Shown piece by piece: positions 22,132 to 32,328 of a stretch of 64,000 nucleotides of DNA. Location: NCBI GenBank assembly GCA_963744145.1, contig CAVUSO010000001.1, forward strand, positions 2,944,001-3,008,000, in the 5' to 3' direction. Numbering within the stretch: position 1 is the first letter of the stretch; each line of letters starts with the position of its first letter. The position numbers and the translations under genes were made by a program. The notes beneath the pieces are model-generated. The model saw nothing but the letters and a program-made list of their open reading frames with translations. It did not search any database and was not told the DNA's origin. The stretch comes from an uncultured cyanobacterium. Lineage in GTDB: Bacteria > Cyanobacteriota > Cyanobacteriia > Cyanobacteriales > CAWUOF01.

Positions 22132-22845
22132 ATGACTTCGAGTACATATTCCTACCTCCCCCTCCCTAGCGATCGCCCTCCTCGTCTCGGTTGGCTCTAT
22201 AACCAAGGCTTGATTCCCTACCCGATCGCTTGGGAATGGCAGCGATCGCTTCTGGCTGAACGTCTGGATGATCCCACCGCTAACGATGTTTTGATCTTGT
22301 TGGAGCATCCTCCTGTTTATACATTAGGACAAGGATCTAGTCGCGCCTTTCTCAAATTTGATCCAGCGCAAACCGATATCCAGTTATATCAAATCGAGCG
22401 CGGTGGTGAGGTAACTTATCATTGTCCTGGTCAACTGGTGGGCTATCCGATTTTAAATCTCCGTTATTATCGTCAAGACTTACACTGGTATTTACGCAGT
22501 TTAGAATCCGTATTAATTAAAGTGCTAGAACAATATCAATTGAACGGGGAACGTATCCCCGGGATGACCGGTGTTTGGGTCCAAGGGCGCAAAGTAGCCG
22601 CGATTGGAATTAAAGTTAGTCGTTGGATTACGATGCACGGCTTCGCTTTAAATGTTTGTCCCAATTTAGCTGGATTTAGGCAAATTGTCCCTTGTGGTCT
22701 GATCGATCGACCTGTTGGTAGTTTAGCTGAATTTGTCCCTCAGATTAGCCCGGAACAAGTACGTTTACAAATAGTCTCTGCTTTTAGTGAAGTCTTCGCT
22801 CTCAATTTGGTGGAAAAGTGCCCAAATTTTCCAATTTTGCCGTAA
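22132..22845 (+). CDS. lipB: Lipoyl(octanoyl) transferase
   Basis: [38 protein letters not shown]. Confidence 0.95.
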   Translation: MTSSTYSYLPLPSDRPPRLGWLYNQGLIPYPIAWEWQRSLLAERLDDPTANDVLILLEHPPVYTLGQGSSRAFLKFDPAQTDIQLYQIERGGEVTYHCPGQLVGYPILNLRYYRQDLHWYLRSLESVLIKVLEQYQLNGERIPGMTGVWVQGRKVAAIGIKVSRWITMHGFALNVCPNLAGFRQIVPCGLIDRPVGSLAEFVPQISPEQVRLQIVSAFSEVFALNLVEKCPNFPILP

Positions 22846-22968
22846 TTATTAAATATTTGTTAAATTTTAGGAATTTATTCCGATTAGATATTATGTGAAT
22901 CATGGTTGCGAAGTTTAAGTTAATTACTAGCAAAGATGAATGATAATTCTTAAAATATATATATTTCT

Positions 22969-22984
22969 TGTGATGAAAAACACA
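22969..22984. promoter_or_regulatory. Candidate CRP-type binding site
   Basis: TGTGA-TGAAAA-ACACA, 9/10 match to TGTGA-N6-TCACA, in AT-rich intergenic DNA. Confidence 0.45.
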
Positions 22985-23189
22985 ATGGCCTAGTGACCAC
23001 TAACAATTACGATTCTTCCATTGTATGTGATTTTAATACTTAGTGTGCAGAAAAAACATTTATTAGTCGAGGTAAAAACACTTAGTTCTGCTGATTTTTT
23101 TTTGAGAAAATATTAAATCTGCTCGTGATCTAGGTTCAGTCCTAGCTTCATCCTATGCGTCAAATTAGCGCAGTTCTGTGGTATCTGCC

Positions 23190-23561
23190 ATGTTTATAAA
23201 TCCATCAGATGACAATCTACAATCGCGATTTGTGGAGCTAATTCCTTCTCCTGGCCGAAAAAACCTCAAATTTTCTTGGAAATCCCGTCGTTCCGGATCA
23301 AGAAAAACCTCCTTGTCTCCTGTCAATCCTGTAGATTTAGACGATTTAGGACCAACAAACCTAAATACGTCGAGAAGGCTTAACCATCACGCAGCACCTG
23401 TAACATCATTAAGAGAACAAGATACAAAAGCCCTCCTCTCCCTGTTCGATCGCCCAGATTCAGATCAAATTGAAGCAGATATAATTAAAGGATTACGTTG
23501 GCGTTGTCCTGAACCATTCTGGGAAGATGAGAGCTTTGATTTTTTACGGGAATATCTTTAA
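23190..23561 (+). CDS. Hypothetical protein (disordered N-part, acidic/aromatic C-terminal motif)
   Basis: ORF co-oriented with the downstream ATPase; C-terminal PEPFWEDESFDFLREYL; start uncertain (GTG 23178 or ATG 23190). Confidence 0.6.
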   Translation: MFINPSDDNLQSRFVELIPSPGRKNLKFSWKSRRSGSRKTSLSPVNPVDLDDLGPTNLNTSRRLNHHAAPVTSLREQDTKALLSLFDRPDSDQIEADIIKGLRWRCPEPFWEDESFDFLREYL

Positions 23562-23621
23562 TCAGCTTGATCTCATTGATAGGAAGGACAACTGGAGTAT
23601 GGAGAATATATCATCAGCCTT

Positions 23622-25517
23622 ATGTCTATTTCTTCGATTCAAGCTCTGAATATTGCTATTCAAAGTTCTAATCCTTTCGAGCCAGTACCGATGGTCAAAG
23701 AACCAGATATCTGGGGGAGTGGGTTGACCGATGTCACGAGCTTGAATGAATCTATATCTAATCAAGTTTTTCAGACCATAGAACAAGTTAAGCATCGCTC
23801 AAATAAAGTTATTACTCTGGCGATCGCGGCGAACCGAGGTACTGGTAAAAGTCACCTGATTAAACGGATTCGTCAACGTTTGCAAAGCGAAGGTAATGTT
23901 TTATTTTCCTATATCAATGCTCATCAATTTACGGATCTAAATATAATTCGTTATCAATTTCTGCAAACCCTAGTTGATAGTTGGAGACATTTGGGCAATC
24001 AAGGGGTAATGCAATGGCAAATAATTGCCACAGAAATGGCTAATCAAGCTATTAAAATCATTAACCCTCAAGCTCGAAATTTTTTAGCTAAAGATTTAAT
24101 TAAAAAACTAGATATTAATACCTTAGACAAAAATCAAACTTGGGTAAATCAATTAACAGAAGCATATTTCCGGATCAAACCAGATGTGAGTGATCCTGAT
24201 TTAGTCCGAGCAATTTTTTGGACTTTAGCTAATAGTCAGGCACCTTTTGCGATTAAATGGTTAAGTGGAAAAATGCTAGCTCAATGGAAAATTGAGGAAT
24301 TAGGATTACCGAATCCGAGTCGCGATGGACGGGAGTCAGAAGCATTTGATACGCTCTTACATCTGATCAATATAATTAATCCTTATCAAGGATTAATTAT
24401 TTGTTTTGATGAATTAGATTCTTATGAATCCAGCGATAATGGGTTGAAACGAGAGCGGATAGTTGCTAGTTTAGTTAAACATTTATCGGAAAGACTCACG
24501 ACTATTCACCTGAATTTGGGTGTAGTTATATTAACGGTTATGACTCCGGAGACTTGGATTTATAAAATTAAGCCCCTTCCGGTAGGAATATCAGAACGTC
24601 TTTCTTCTCAAGGAAATCCCTTGGAATTAAACGAGATTAATACTGCACAAATTGTGGAATTAGTTTCACTTTGGTTAAAAAAGTTTTATGACCAGAAAGG
24701 AGTAAAACCTCCGACAAATATCTATCCGTTTGATCTAGATCAGTTGCAAGCTTTAGGACGAGAAAAATTAAATGTCCGGCAAGTTTTACAATGGTGTTCC
24801 GAAAACTTTCGGACTGTAGAAGTTGATCCTTTAGAACGAGTTGAACAAATTTTTAATGAAGCGATCGCTGAAATTAGGATCAATTTAGATAATGATTTAG
24901 AGCAGAATCATCTGGTCGCTAATGCTCTTTACCTGGGATTGATTAGTTTGCAGGGAAAAACCGTCGAGGGTGTGACGATTGAAGTCGTAAGCAATGAGAT
25001 TAAGCATAAGGCTGACCATCAAGATTATCTTAATTTTCGAGTCATTGGTAGAGAAAATGGTCAAGTGGTGAAAATTGGTGTTGCTATTCTCCAAGATGAT
25101 CGAGGTAAAAGGATCGGAGCGGGTTTAAAAAGGTTAATTGACTATCAACATTTTGATTTAACTCGTGGATGTTTAGTTCGGTCCCAGACTAAAAAAATTA
25201 AACATTGCTGGAAAGCCTATAATTATTTAACTCAGTTAACTTTATTGGGAGGAAAATGGGTAGACTTGAAAGCCGAGGATATTAAACCCCTGATGGTAAT
25301 TTGGTCAATTTACCAACAACGGGAACATCATCAACTAGAACCAGGACAAATTTTTGAATTTATGTTTCAGCGTAAATTAGCAAGTGAAAATTTGTTGATT
25401 CGAGCGATTTTAAGTGAACCAGCCCATCAGGGAACAGTGACCAATCTGGCTGTTCCCGAACCAGCTATGGCGATCGCACTTGTCCCGATCGCCGCAGAAC
25501 CAGAAATTTTCACCTGA
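23622..25517 (+). CDS. P-loop NTPase of unknown function
   Basis: Walker A ANRGTGKS, Walker B IICFDELD; additional C-terminal domain (RGCLVRS). Confidence 0.8.
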   Translation: MSISSIQALNIAIQSSNPFEPVPMVKEPDIWGSGLTDVTSLNESISNQVFQTIEQVKHRSNKVITLAIAANRGTGKSHLIKRIRQRLQSEGNVLFSYINAHQFTDLNIIRYQFLQTLVDSWRHLGNQGVMQWQIIATEMANQAIKIINPQARNFLAKDLIKKLDINTLDKNQTWVNQLTEAYFRIKPDVSDPDLVRAIFWTLANSQAPFAIKWLSGKMLAQWKIEELGLPNPSRDGRESEAFDTLLHLINIINPYQGLIICFDELDSYESSDNGLKRERIVASLVKHLSERLTTIHLNLGVVILTVMTPETWIYKIKPLPVGISERLSSQGNPLELNEINTAQIVELVSLWLKKFYDQKGVKPPTNIYPFDLDQLQALGREKLNVRQVLQWCSENFRTVEVDPLERVEQIFNEAIAEIRINLDNDLEQNHLVANALYLGLISLQGKTVEGVTIEVVSNEIKHKADHQDYLNFRVIGRENGQVVKIGVAILQDDRGKRIGAGLKRLIDYQHFDLTRGCLVRSQTKKIKHCWKAYNYLTQLTLLGGKWVDLKAEDIKPLMVIWSIYQQREHHQLEPGQIFEFMFQRKLASENLLIRAILSEPAHQGTVTNLAVPEPAMAIALVPIAAEPEIFT

Positions 25518-25559
25518 TCGAGTTCATCAGATTAAGTCTTCCATGCGTAGAATTAATGC

Positions 25560-25997
25560 TCAAATATAGTACATAATATCCAACTGACGCTTCGCATCCC
25601 GCTTGTCACAAAGATCCTGAAGTGTATATTTTTGCAAAACTGAATTAGACGCTTGGTAAGCTTCTTGCCAGACTTCGCTAATTATTGCACTTTCAACGGT
25701 TTTACTTGTCGGTTCATTTTCACTCCCTTGAGATTCTGAGCCCTCTAAACAAGTAATAATTTCCAACAGGGTAATTTTCCCAGGCTCTCGAGCGAGGAGA
25801 TAACCTCCTTTTGCCCCTCTTTGACTTTTAAGTAAACCACAGCGTCGTAAACTGGCCAATAGCTGCTCTAAATAGCGGTCAGGAATATTTTGCTGGGCCG
25901 CAATCTGCCGAATTTGCAGCGGTTCTCCTTCATTATAGTGAGCTGTCAATTCTAGTAGGGCTAGAAGGGCATATTCACTTTTACACGACAGTTCCAC
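25560..25997 (-). CDS. Rrf2 family transcriptional regulator
   Basis: ELSCKSEYA, YLEQLL, SQRGAKGGYLL, DIMYYI ending; probable GTG start at 25997. Confidence 0.9.
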   Translation of the reverse strand: MELSCKSEYALLALLELTAHYNEGEPLQIRQIAAQQNIPDRYLEQLLASLRRCGLLKSQRGAKGGYLLAREPGKITLLEIITCLEGSESQGSENEPTSKTVESAIISEVWQEAYQASNSVLQKYTLQDLCDKRDAKRQLDIMYYI

Positions 25998-26087
25998 AGA
26001 TAAGATCCATATTCTAAGATCCTTTTCAGTATACTCCGGTTCTAAGGTGGAGTTTAGTAGTTCAGTCAGCAACAACACTAATTAACA

Positions 26088-26116
26088 CAAAAAAGCCCCG
26101 CACTAAGCGGGACTTT
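26088..26116 (-). terminator. Rho-independent terminator of porin gene
   Basis: Minus strand aaagtcccgc-ttagt-gcggggcttt followed by a T run. Confidence 0.75.
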
Positions 26117-26145
26117 GGCTCATTCTCAAATTTTCCCTAAACCTG

Positions 26146-28029
26146 TTAGAAGGTAAAGGTAGTTCTCAAAGTACCAATTACTAGACTATAGTTCCGGTTA
26201 TTTTGATCAGGAGAGTCTACCCAAATTACCCCAGGAGTAACGGAGATATTGTCATTAACTTGGAACTTGTAAAAACCTTCAACATGTAATGGTGTATCAC
26301 GGCGAATACCGATTTGTCTGCCACTACTGCCACTTTCTAAACCTGCTAGATAAGGTTCTACACCAGCTATCAGCCCACCAACGTTACCCTTTTTGCCCAA
26401 ATCTGGGAAAGCCAGACCTAAAGCATAGGTCCAAATTTCTCCATCACCTCGGCCCAGAATCCGCACATCCGTGAGACTGCCCCAACCAGTAATCACCAAT
26501 TTGGGAGTAAACCGGAAAGCACCAGATAAACCGTAGGAATTGGTTGATAACGCTGGATTACCGGCAAACAGACGGCTACCAGTTCCCGTGAAATTAACGT
26601 CACCTTGAATCGGATTGGTTGCGTTATTAGGGTTACCCAAGTTAGCTGAAGATGTCCCCACCACAGCAGTCCCACCACCATTATCAAAGATTGATTGGGA
26701 GCTATTGGTGTGATATCCGTGAACGTAAGTAGCGCCCAAGGTAATTGCATCACCAACAGTAAAGTTCAGTTGTGCTAATGCACCGTAAGAACCGTTAAAT
26801 AGACCAGTTCCTTGACCAGGATTATTACCTTGGTCAGCTAGGTAACCCAAGGTCAAAGAACTTGGTCGGAGAATAGTACCACCATGACCAAACTTCAGAT
26901 TTACACCAAGTCCTTGTCCACCACCAATCCGATAGATGGGGTTGCGCTGGGCAAAGGTAGATAAAGAACCATTACCACCATCATTATCTTCAAAGTAAGG
27001 GTTCTCAGTCGGGGTAAAGTCGTCGAAAGTACCATTGTTCGCTGCAACCGCTACATCTAAGCGATCGCCAAAAGGAAAGCGGTATTCTAAGGTATCTAAC
27101 TTAAAGACGTTACCGCTAGTACCATAATTAAATGTCTGTAACCCTTCTCCACCAGCGGTTAAGAAATTCTTGGAACTACCTACCGCAGTATCCGCGTTAC
27201 CTGCCTGTAACCTAGTTTGTAAGACATCTTTACCAGTAAAACTGGTGTTGAAGTTTAAACGAACCCGTTCTTGGAATACGGTTTGATCAGTGTTGCGTGC
27301 TAATCGAGATCCCGTCGAACCCCGATCGCGGTTACCACCAAAATCTTGTGTGACAGCGAAAATCGCTTCACCTTGTAATTTGGTTGTAGTGGAAAACTGA
27401 TTAGCTTCTAACTCAGCAGTCCGAGCTTCGAGAGAATCTACTCTTCCTCTTAATGTTGCTAGTTCTGCGGCAAATTGTTCTTGGAGCTTTTGGACAGTGG
27501 CTAAATCGTTTTTGGTCACTTGCGATGAATTTGCCGAGATTAATTCAGTAATTTTCTCCATACAGGAGTTTAAACCTGCGGCAAATTCGTACCGACTCAG
27601 CGCCTTGTTTCCCTTGAAGGTTCCATCTGGATAACCTGCAATACAACCATAACGTTCTACCAGAGATTGGAGTGCTTGGAAAGCCCAGTCTGTTGGTTGG
27701 ACATCAGATAACTCAGAGACTGATGTTACTTTTCCATCTGCACTTCTGCTGATCAACTGATTTAATGAACCTTCGTTGCTATAACGGTTCACCTGCTGTA
27801 AAAGACTTGGATTCCCTGCTTGGTTAGTTCCAGCGTTTTTGTCTTGGATATTTTCTGCAATTTTTACGGGCAGCTTAATTTGGTCTGCCTGGTTTTCTTG
27901 GGTTTTTCCTGGGATCTGGGTTGGGGCTGCCATTCCGGCACCAGCGACTAATAGTAAAGTTCCTACAATAGTTGGGCTAGCTACCAATGAAATCCATAGG
28001 GGTTTAATCATTTTTTCTCTTGACCTCAC
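26146..28029 (-). CDS. SLH-domain cyanobacterial porin (SomA / iron-uptake porin family)
   Basis: VTSVSELSDVQPTDWAFQAL SLH motif, coiled coil, QFSTTTKL, LRTTFTF terminus. Confidence 0.93.
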   Translation of the reverse strand: MRSREKMIKPLWISLVASPTIVGTLLLVAGAGMAAPTQIPGKTQENQADQIKLPVKIAENIQDKNAGTNQAGNPSLLQQVNRYSNEGSLNQLISRSADGKVTSVSELSDVQPTDWAFQALQSLVERYGCIAGYPDGTFKGNKALSRYEFAAGLNSCMEKITELISANSSQVTKNDLATVQKLQEQFAAELATLRGRVDSLEARTAELEANQFSTTTKLQGEAIFAVTQDFGGNRDRGSTGSRLARNTDQTVFQERVRLNFNTSFTGKDVLQTRLQAGNADTAVGSSKNFLTAGGEGLQTFNYGTSGNVFKLDTLEYRFPFGDRLDVAVAANNGTFDDFTPTENPYFEDNDGGNGSLSTFAQRNPIYRIGGGQGLGVNLKFGHGGTILRPSSLTLGYLADQGNNPGQGTGLFNGSYGALAQLNFTVGDAITLGATYVHGYHTNSSQSIFDNGGGTAVVGTSSANLGNPNNATNPIQGDVNFTGTGSRLFAGNPALSTNSYGLSGAFRFTPKLVITGWGSLTDVRILGRGDGEIWTYALGLAFPDLGKKGNVGGLIAGVEPYLAGLESGSSGRQIGIRRDTPLHVEGFYKFQVNDNISVTPGVIWVDSPDQNNRNYSLVIGTLRTTFTF

Positions 28030-28324
28030 ACCTTAGTTATAGATAGACTTACTAACATCTTTGCTAGTTTAGCTTAACATCGCACTTTTTTCACAATGCT
28101 GTTAGCCTAAGTATAGTTCTTTAAATTATATATAAATTTTCAATTTTGGCTACAAAACCCAAGTTTTATTTTTATGACCTCACCACTGTTACCCCTGATT
28201 CCACCAATATTTATCTAACCGGATCGCTCTCCACCGCAAATCCGCTTGGGGAGTTTTTCGGTTAAATTGGGCATCAATTGTCATCAACCCACTATATTTA
28301 CTCGATCGGACTAAACAAGTTGAT

Positions 28325-29971
28325 TTAAGCTGAAGAACGGTTATCTCCCAGGTTATGTCCTAGTACAGTAAATACTTGACGGTGTTCAAACAAATCCAAA
28401 AAGTCGCTGTTGATTTTATTATGTGCTGCTTCTTCTCGAAGAATTTTGAGGGCTGTTTCTACAGATAAACCGCGTTTATAGGGGCGATCGCCCGCAGTCA
28501 GAGCATCATAAATATCCGCAATGGTCATCATCTGGGTCTGAATTGGGATATCTTCCTGCTTTAATCCCCGTGGATAGCCCGAACCATCTAGTTTTTCGTG
28601 GTGTCCATAAGCAATCATCGGGATATTTTTCAGTGGTTTTGTCCAGGGAATTCGTTTCAAGAATTCATAGCTGTGGGTGACATGGGATTCGATCGCTAAA
28701 CGTTCTTCGGGGGTCAGATTCCCCCGCGACACCATGAGTTGAGATATTTCTTTAGCATTGAGTAGGGGTTTAAAGTTACCATCAATATCTTGATAAGTGT
28801 ATCCTGACAGTTCTTTTAACTGAGCGGAAGGCTTTTCTGCTAACACATGAGGTTCGTTTGCTTGTAAGACCAGTTCCCAGTAAGAGTTAAGTTGTTCGAC
28901 TTTTTGTAGCAGTTCTTGATCTAGATGATTTAGTTTTTGACAAAAAGGACAAGTTGATTCCGAGTGTTTGTCTTGAGCTGTAGCTCTAGGATGTTCGATT
29001 AAATGTTTATATTTGGTTTGGGCACATTCGAGTTCTAAGGTTCTTTGTGCTAAAGCAAAACGGTGTCGTACTACTTCTAATTGATCAGGGTAAAGTTTTT
29101 TTTGTTTGACTAAAATTGCTTCAGGCACACCAACTTTGCCAAAATCATGTAATAGGGCAGCATAACGAATTTCTTGTAGTTGTCTTAGATCAAAGTGGAA
29201 TGGGCGTAATGGACCAGTAATGACCGTATTTACTTCTTGACTTAAGCGGACTGTGATTTCTGCTACTCGCTCTGAATGTCCCGATGTGGTCGGATCTCGG
29301 GCTTCAATAATTTGTACTGATGCTCTAGCAAACCCTTCAAATAGGTTTTCAATACTTTCTTGGAGATGATTTCTTTCGATCGAAATTGCTGCTTGTGATG
29401 CTAGCGATCGCAAAATTCGCTCTTCCCAATCTGAATAAGGTTGAGTTGCCTCTAACACATTTTCGGCATTAATGGTAATATTTCCTCGGACTTTTCGGTT
29501 AATTAGTTGCAGTACCCCAATGGTTTCTCTTTCGCGATTTTGCATCGGTAGCACTAAGACGGAGCGGGTGTAATAAGAAATATTTAGGTCAAAACTCCGA
29601 TCAAATTCGTAGGGCACATCCTTGGGCAAATTATAAGCATCTGGTAAATTTAAACTTTCTCCAGTTACTGCCACATATCCAGCCAAGCTTTGGCGGGTCA
29701 TTGGGATCGCAAATTCGCGGAAGGAAACGTTAGGACGAGAGGCATTTTGGGCAACTTTAAATATTAATTTGGGGGTAGCATCAGTCTGATCTACTAAATA
29801 AACGCTGCCAGCATCGCTACAGGTAATTTCTCGGCTTTTAGATAAAATTAAATTTAGCACCTGACCTAAGTCATAGGTGCTAGACAGAGCTGCACCAATA
29901 TCTAAAAGCTGGGAAATTAGTTCAACTCTGTCTCCAAACTCTTGCAAGAGTTCTTGGTTCTCAAATTTCAT
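28325..29971 (-). CDS. GAF + HD-GYP phosphodiesterase
   Basis: GAF (GVLQLIN), HSERV, LLHDFGK, HHEKLDGSGYP, DRPYK. Confidence 0.92.
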   Translation of the reverse strand: MKFENQELLQEFGDRVELISQLLDIGAALSSTYDLGQVLNLILSKSREITCSDAGSVYLVDQTDATPKLIFKVAQNASRPNVSFREFAIPMTRQSLAGYVAVTGESLNLPDAYNLPKDVPYEFDRSFDLNISYYTRSVLVLPMQNRERETIGVLQLINRKVRGNITINAENVLEATQPYSDWEERILRSLASQAAISIERNHLQESIENLFEGFARASVQIIEARDPTTSGHSERVAEITVRLSQEVNTVITGPLRPFHFDLRQLQEIRYAALLHDFGKVGVPEAILVKQKKLYPDQLEVVRHRFALAQRTLELECAQTKYKHLIEHPRATAQDKHSESTCPFCQKLNHLDQELLQKVEQLNSYWELVLQANEPHVLAEKPSAQLKELSGYTYQDIDGNFKPLLNAKEISQLMVSRGNLTPEERLAIESHVTHSYEFLKRIPWTKPLKNIPMIAYGHHEKLDGSGYPRGLKQEDIPIQTQMMTIADIYDALTAGDRPYKRGLSVETALKILREEAAHNKINSDFLDLFEHRQVFTVLGHNLGDNRSSA

Positions 29972-30011
29972 GATTTCGGTAATGGGAACCGCTATTTTAA
30001 TCTGATTAGGT

Positions 30012-30296
30012 TTAATTTAACTGAGAAATTACCTGGGCTAGAGCCAAGTCTTTTTCTGTTAATCCACCGGCGTCGTGAGTTGTCAGACTTACTGTCACTC
30101 GGTTATAGGAAATAAAAATATCTGGATGGTGGCCAGCTTGTTCGGCTGGTTCAACCAACTGATTCACAAAAGCGATCGCTGCTAGAAAATCTTTAAACTC
30201 ATAGATTCGAGTTAGAGATTTATCTTCAACTTCCCATTCAGGCAGTTTAGCTAAACCCTCTTTTATTTCTGCATCGTTGAGTAGCTGTATCATCAT
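30012..30296 (-). CDS. Pterin-4-alpha-carbinolamine dehydratase
   Basis: GHHPD and TTHDAGGLTEKD motifs. Confidence 0.92.
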   Translation of the reverse strand: MMIQLLNDAEIKEGLAKLPEWEVEDKSLTRIYEFKDFLAAIAFVNQLVEPAEQAGHHPDIFISYNRVTVSLTTHDAGGLTEKDLALAQVISQLN

Positions 30297-30354
30297 CCAG
30301 CACCTTTCATGCTTAATTTAATCAATAATACAAATCAACTATTTAGCTTTTCGG

Positions 30355-30653
30355 AAAAAAATTAGCCGCTCTCACCAGTAGTGTTTCAGCTTGCCGCTGA
30401 CTACACTATTTTAGGTAAGAGCGGTGAGTGGGGGGTCTTCAGATTGGAACCAGACTACCGGGAGGAAATCCAAATTTAGCCTAGTTGCCTTAGTTACATT
30501 AGTCTTTCGGTCGGAAGACAGCTAACTATTTAGAGAACAGCCCCGGCACATAGCCGGCTAACTCCAATCTGATGACCCATGCGTTTACTACTATCTATCA
30601 TAGGCATCACCTCCTGTTTTTCCTAAACGGTTTAGTATTTTCAAGGATTAACT
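30355..30653 (-). ncRNA. Probable structured small RNA (about 300 nt) containing a short ORF
   Basis: Extended -10 TGtTATACT at 30668-30660; long-range stem gggtc-t-tcagattgga (30433-30448) / tccaatctga-t-gaccc (30563-30578); 3' hairpin 30366-30424 then T run; ends inferred. Confidence 0.55.
30530..30601 (-). CDS. Putative 23-aa small protein MIDSSKRMGHQIGVSRLCAGAVL
   Basis: Strong SD GGAGGTG (30614-30608) 6 nt before ATG 30601; TAA at 30532-30530. Confidence 0.45.
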   Translation of the reverse strand: MIDSSKRMGHQIGVSRLCAGAVL

Positions 30654-30684
30654 TGATTGAGTATAACACTAAAAACTGAAAAAT

Positions 30685-30717
30685 AAAAATACCCCCTATT
30701 GACTAGGGGGTATTTTT
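30685..30717. terminator. Bidirectional-type terminator downstream of psbD
   Basis: Perfect aaaaatacccccta / tagggggtattttt hairpin. Confidence 0.85.
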
Positions 30718-30769
30718 CCTAAATCAGTAATTCAGATAGTTAACCCGAGTTGAACATTTAGGACTGAGT

Positions 30770-31828
30770 TTAGAGAGCGTTACCACGAGGTAGAACTTCT
30801 TCAGGGAAGATGAAGTTTTCGTGGGGTTGGTCTTGAGGAGCCATCCAAGCGCGGATTCCCTCATTGAGCAGAATATTTTTGGTGTAAAAAGTCTCAAATT
30901 CTGGGTCTTCAGCAGCCCGCAGTTCCTGAGAAACAAAATCGTAAGCCCGTAGGTTTAAGGCTAAACCGACAATTCCGACCGAACTCATCCACAAACCGGT
31001 AACTGGCACAAATAACATAAAGAAATGGAGCCAGCGTTTGTTGGAAAAAGCAATCCCAAAGATTTGCGACCAGAAACGGTTCGCGGTCACCATGGAGTAG
31101 GTTTCTTCCGATTGGGTGGGATTAAATGCGCGGAAGGTGTTGGCTGCTTCCCCATCTTCAAATAGGGTGTTTTCTACAGTAGCACCGTGAATCGCACATA
31201 ATAAGGCTCCTCCTAAGATCCCTGCCACACCCATCATGTGGAAAGGGTTGAGAGTCCAGTTATGGAAACCTTGGAGGAATAAGAGGAAACGGAAGATAGC
31301 AGCGACTCCGAAGCTGGGGGCAAAGAACCAGCCTGATTGACCCAAGGGGTACATCAGAAAGACGGAGACGAATACGGCGATCGGACCAGTGAAAGCGAGG
31401 GCGTTGTAAGGACGAATCCCAACTAAGCGAGCGATTTCAATTTGGCGTAAGCAAAAGCCGATTAAGCCAAAGGCACCGTGGAGGGCAACAAATGTCCACA
31501 AGCCGCCCAGTTGACACCAGCGGACAAAATCCCATTGAGCTTCTGGTCCCCAGAGGAACAATAAGGAGTGTCCGAGACTGTTGGGAGGGGTGGATACAGC
31601 AACGGTGAGGAAGTTGCAGCCTTCTAAGTAGGAAGAGGCTAACCCGTGGGTGTACCAAGATGTGACGAAGGTGGTGCCAGTCAGCCAGCCTCCGAGCGCC
31701 AAATAGGCACAAGGGAAGAGAAGTATACCAGACCAGCCCACGAAGACAAAGCGATCGCGTTTTAACCAGTCGTCGAGGACATCAAACCATCCTCGTTCGA
31801 CTTGGGGGCGTCCGAGTGCAATTGTCAT
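30770..31828 (-). CDS. psbD: Photosystem II D2 protein, stand-alone copy (no overlapping psbC)
   Basis: MTIALGR...[16 protein letters not shown]...[10 protein letters not shown], 352 aa; followed by a terminator rather than psbC. Confidence 0.98.
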   Translation of the reverse strand: MTIALGRPQVERGWFDVLDDWLKRDRFVFVGWSGILLFPCAYLALGGWLTGTTFVTSWYTHGLASSYLEGCNFLTVAVSTPPNSLGHSLLFLWGPEAQWDFVRWCQLGGLWTFVALHGAFGLIGFCLRQIEIARLVGIRPYNALAFTGPIAVFVSVFLMYPLGQSGWFFAPSFGVAAIFRFLLFLQGFHNWTLNPFHMMGVAGILGGALLCAIHGATVENTLFEDGEAANTFRAFNPTQSEETYSMVTANRFWSQIFGIAFSNKRWLHFFMLFVPVTGLWMSSVGIVGLALNLRAYDFVSQELRAAEDPEFETFYTKNILLNEGIRAWMAPQDQPHENFIFPEEVLPRGNAL

Positions 31829-32052
31829 TGCTCGAATCTCCAAGGAAAAATATTATGAGTGCAAAGGAACTAGCTCTGCTCAATTTTGGTTTTGGGTCTA
31901 AGCACAAAACGAGTAAAATATGAGGAGAGTTTACGTTTCTTTACTATAAAATTTATTATAAGCACAAGTTGGAAATTTTCGATCGGGAATTTTGGACAGT
32001 CTAAACTTGTCGTAGTAAGATTAACTTTACACTTATATGTTTTTGAGGCCGA

Positions 32053-32328
32053 ATGTTCATCAATATCGACTTGATGCTGAAGCATACATCCACGCCCCTT
32101 TCGGTTCAACGTCAATCAGTAGATGAAGCTGCCAAGGTTTATCAGCAAATTCTCGAGGCGATCCGAGATGGTAGTCCCAAGATTATTGAGCTGACCTGTG
32201 AGCGTTATCCAGATAAAAAATTAGCGATCATCACTAGCGAAATTTGTGCGGTCCAGATGGCTGATCGCATGAGTACAACTTCAGCTAGTAGTGGAAAACC
32301 TCCTGGTTTTGCTGCACTTGCTTCATGA
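32053..32328 (+). CDS. Conserved cyanobacterial small protein (UPF0367-like)
   Basis: PLSVQR, IELTCE, PPGF motifs; ATGA overlap with next gene. Confidence 0.7.
   Translation: MFINIDLMLKHTSTPLSVQRQSVDEAAKVYQQILEAIRDGSPKIIELTCERYPDKKLAIITSEICAVQMADRMSTTSASSGKPPGFAALAS

Noticed and set aside
30433..30578. c-di-AMP (ydaO) riboswitch or 6S RNA call
   Set aside because: Only short + strand resemblances (GGAGGAA, GCTAACTCC); no + strand gene follows and promoter/SD signals point to the minus strand; needs a covariance-model search
30770..31828. psbD as a far-red (FaRLiP) variant because of GFCLRQIE
   Set aside because: A few substitutions only; no FaRLiP genes nearby; context fits an ordinary second psbD copy
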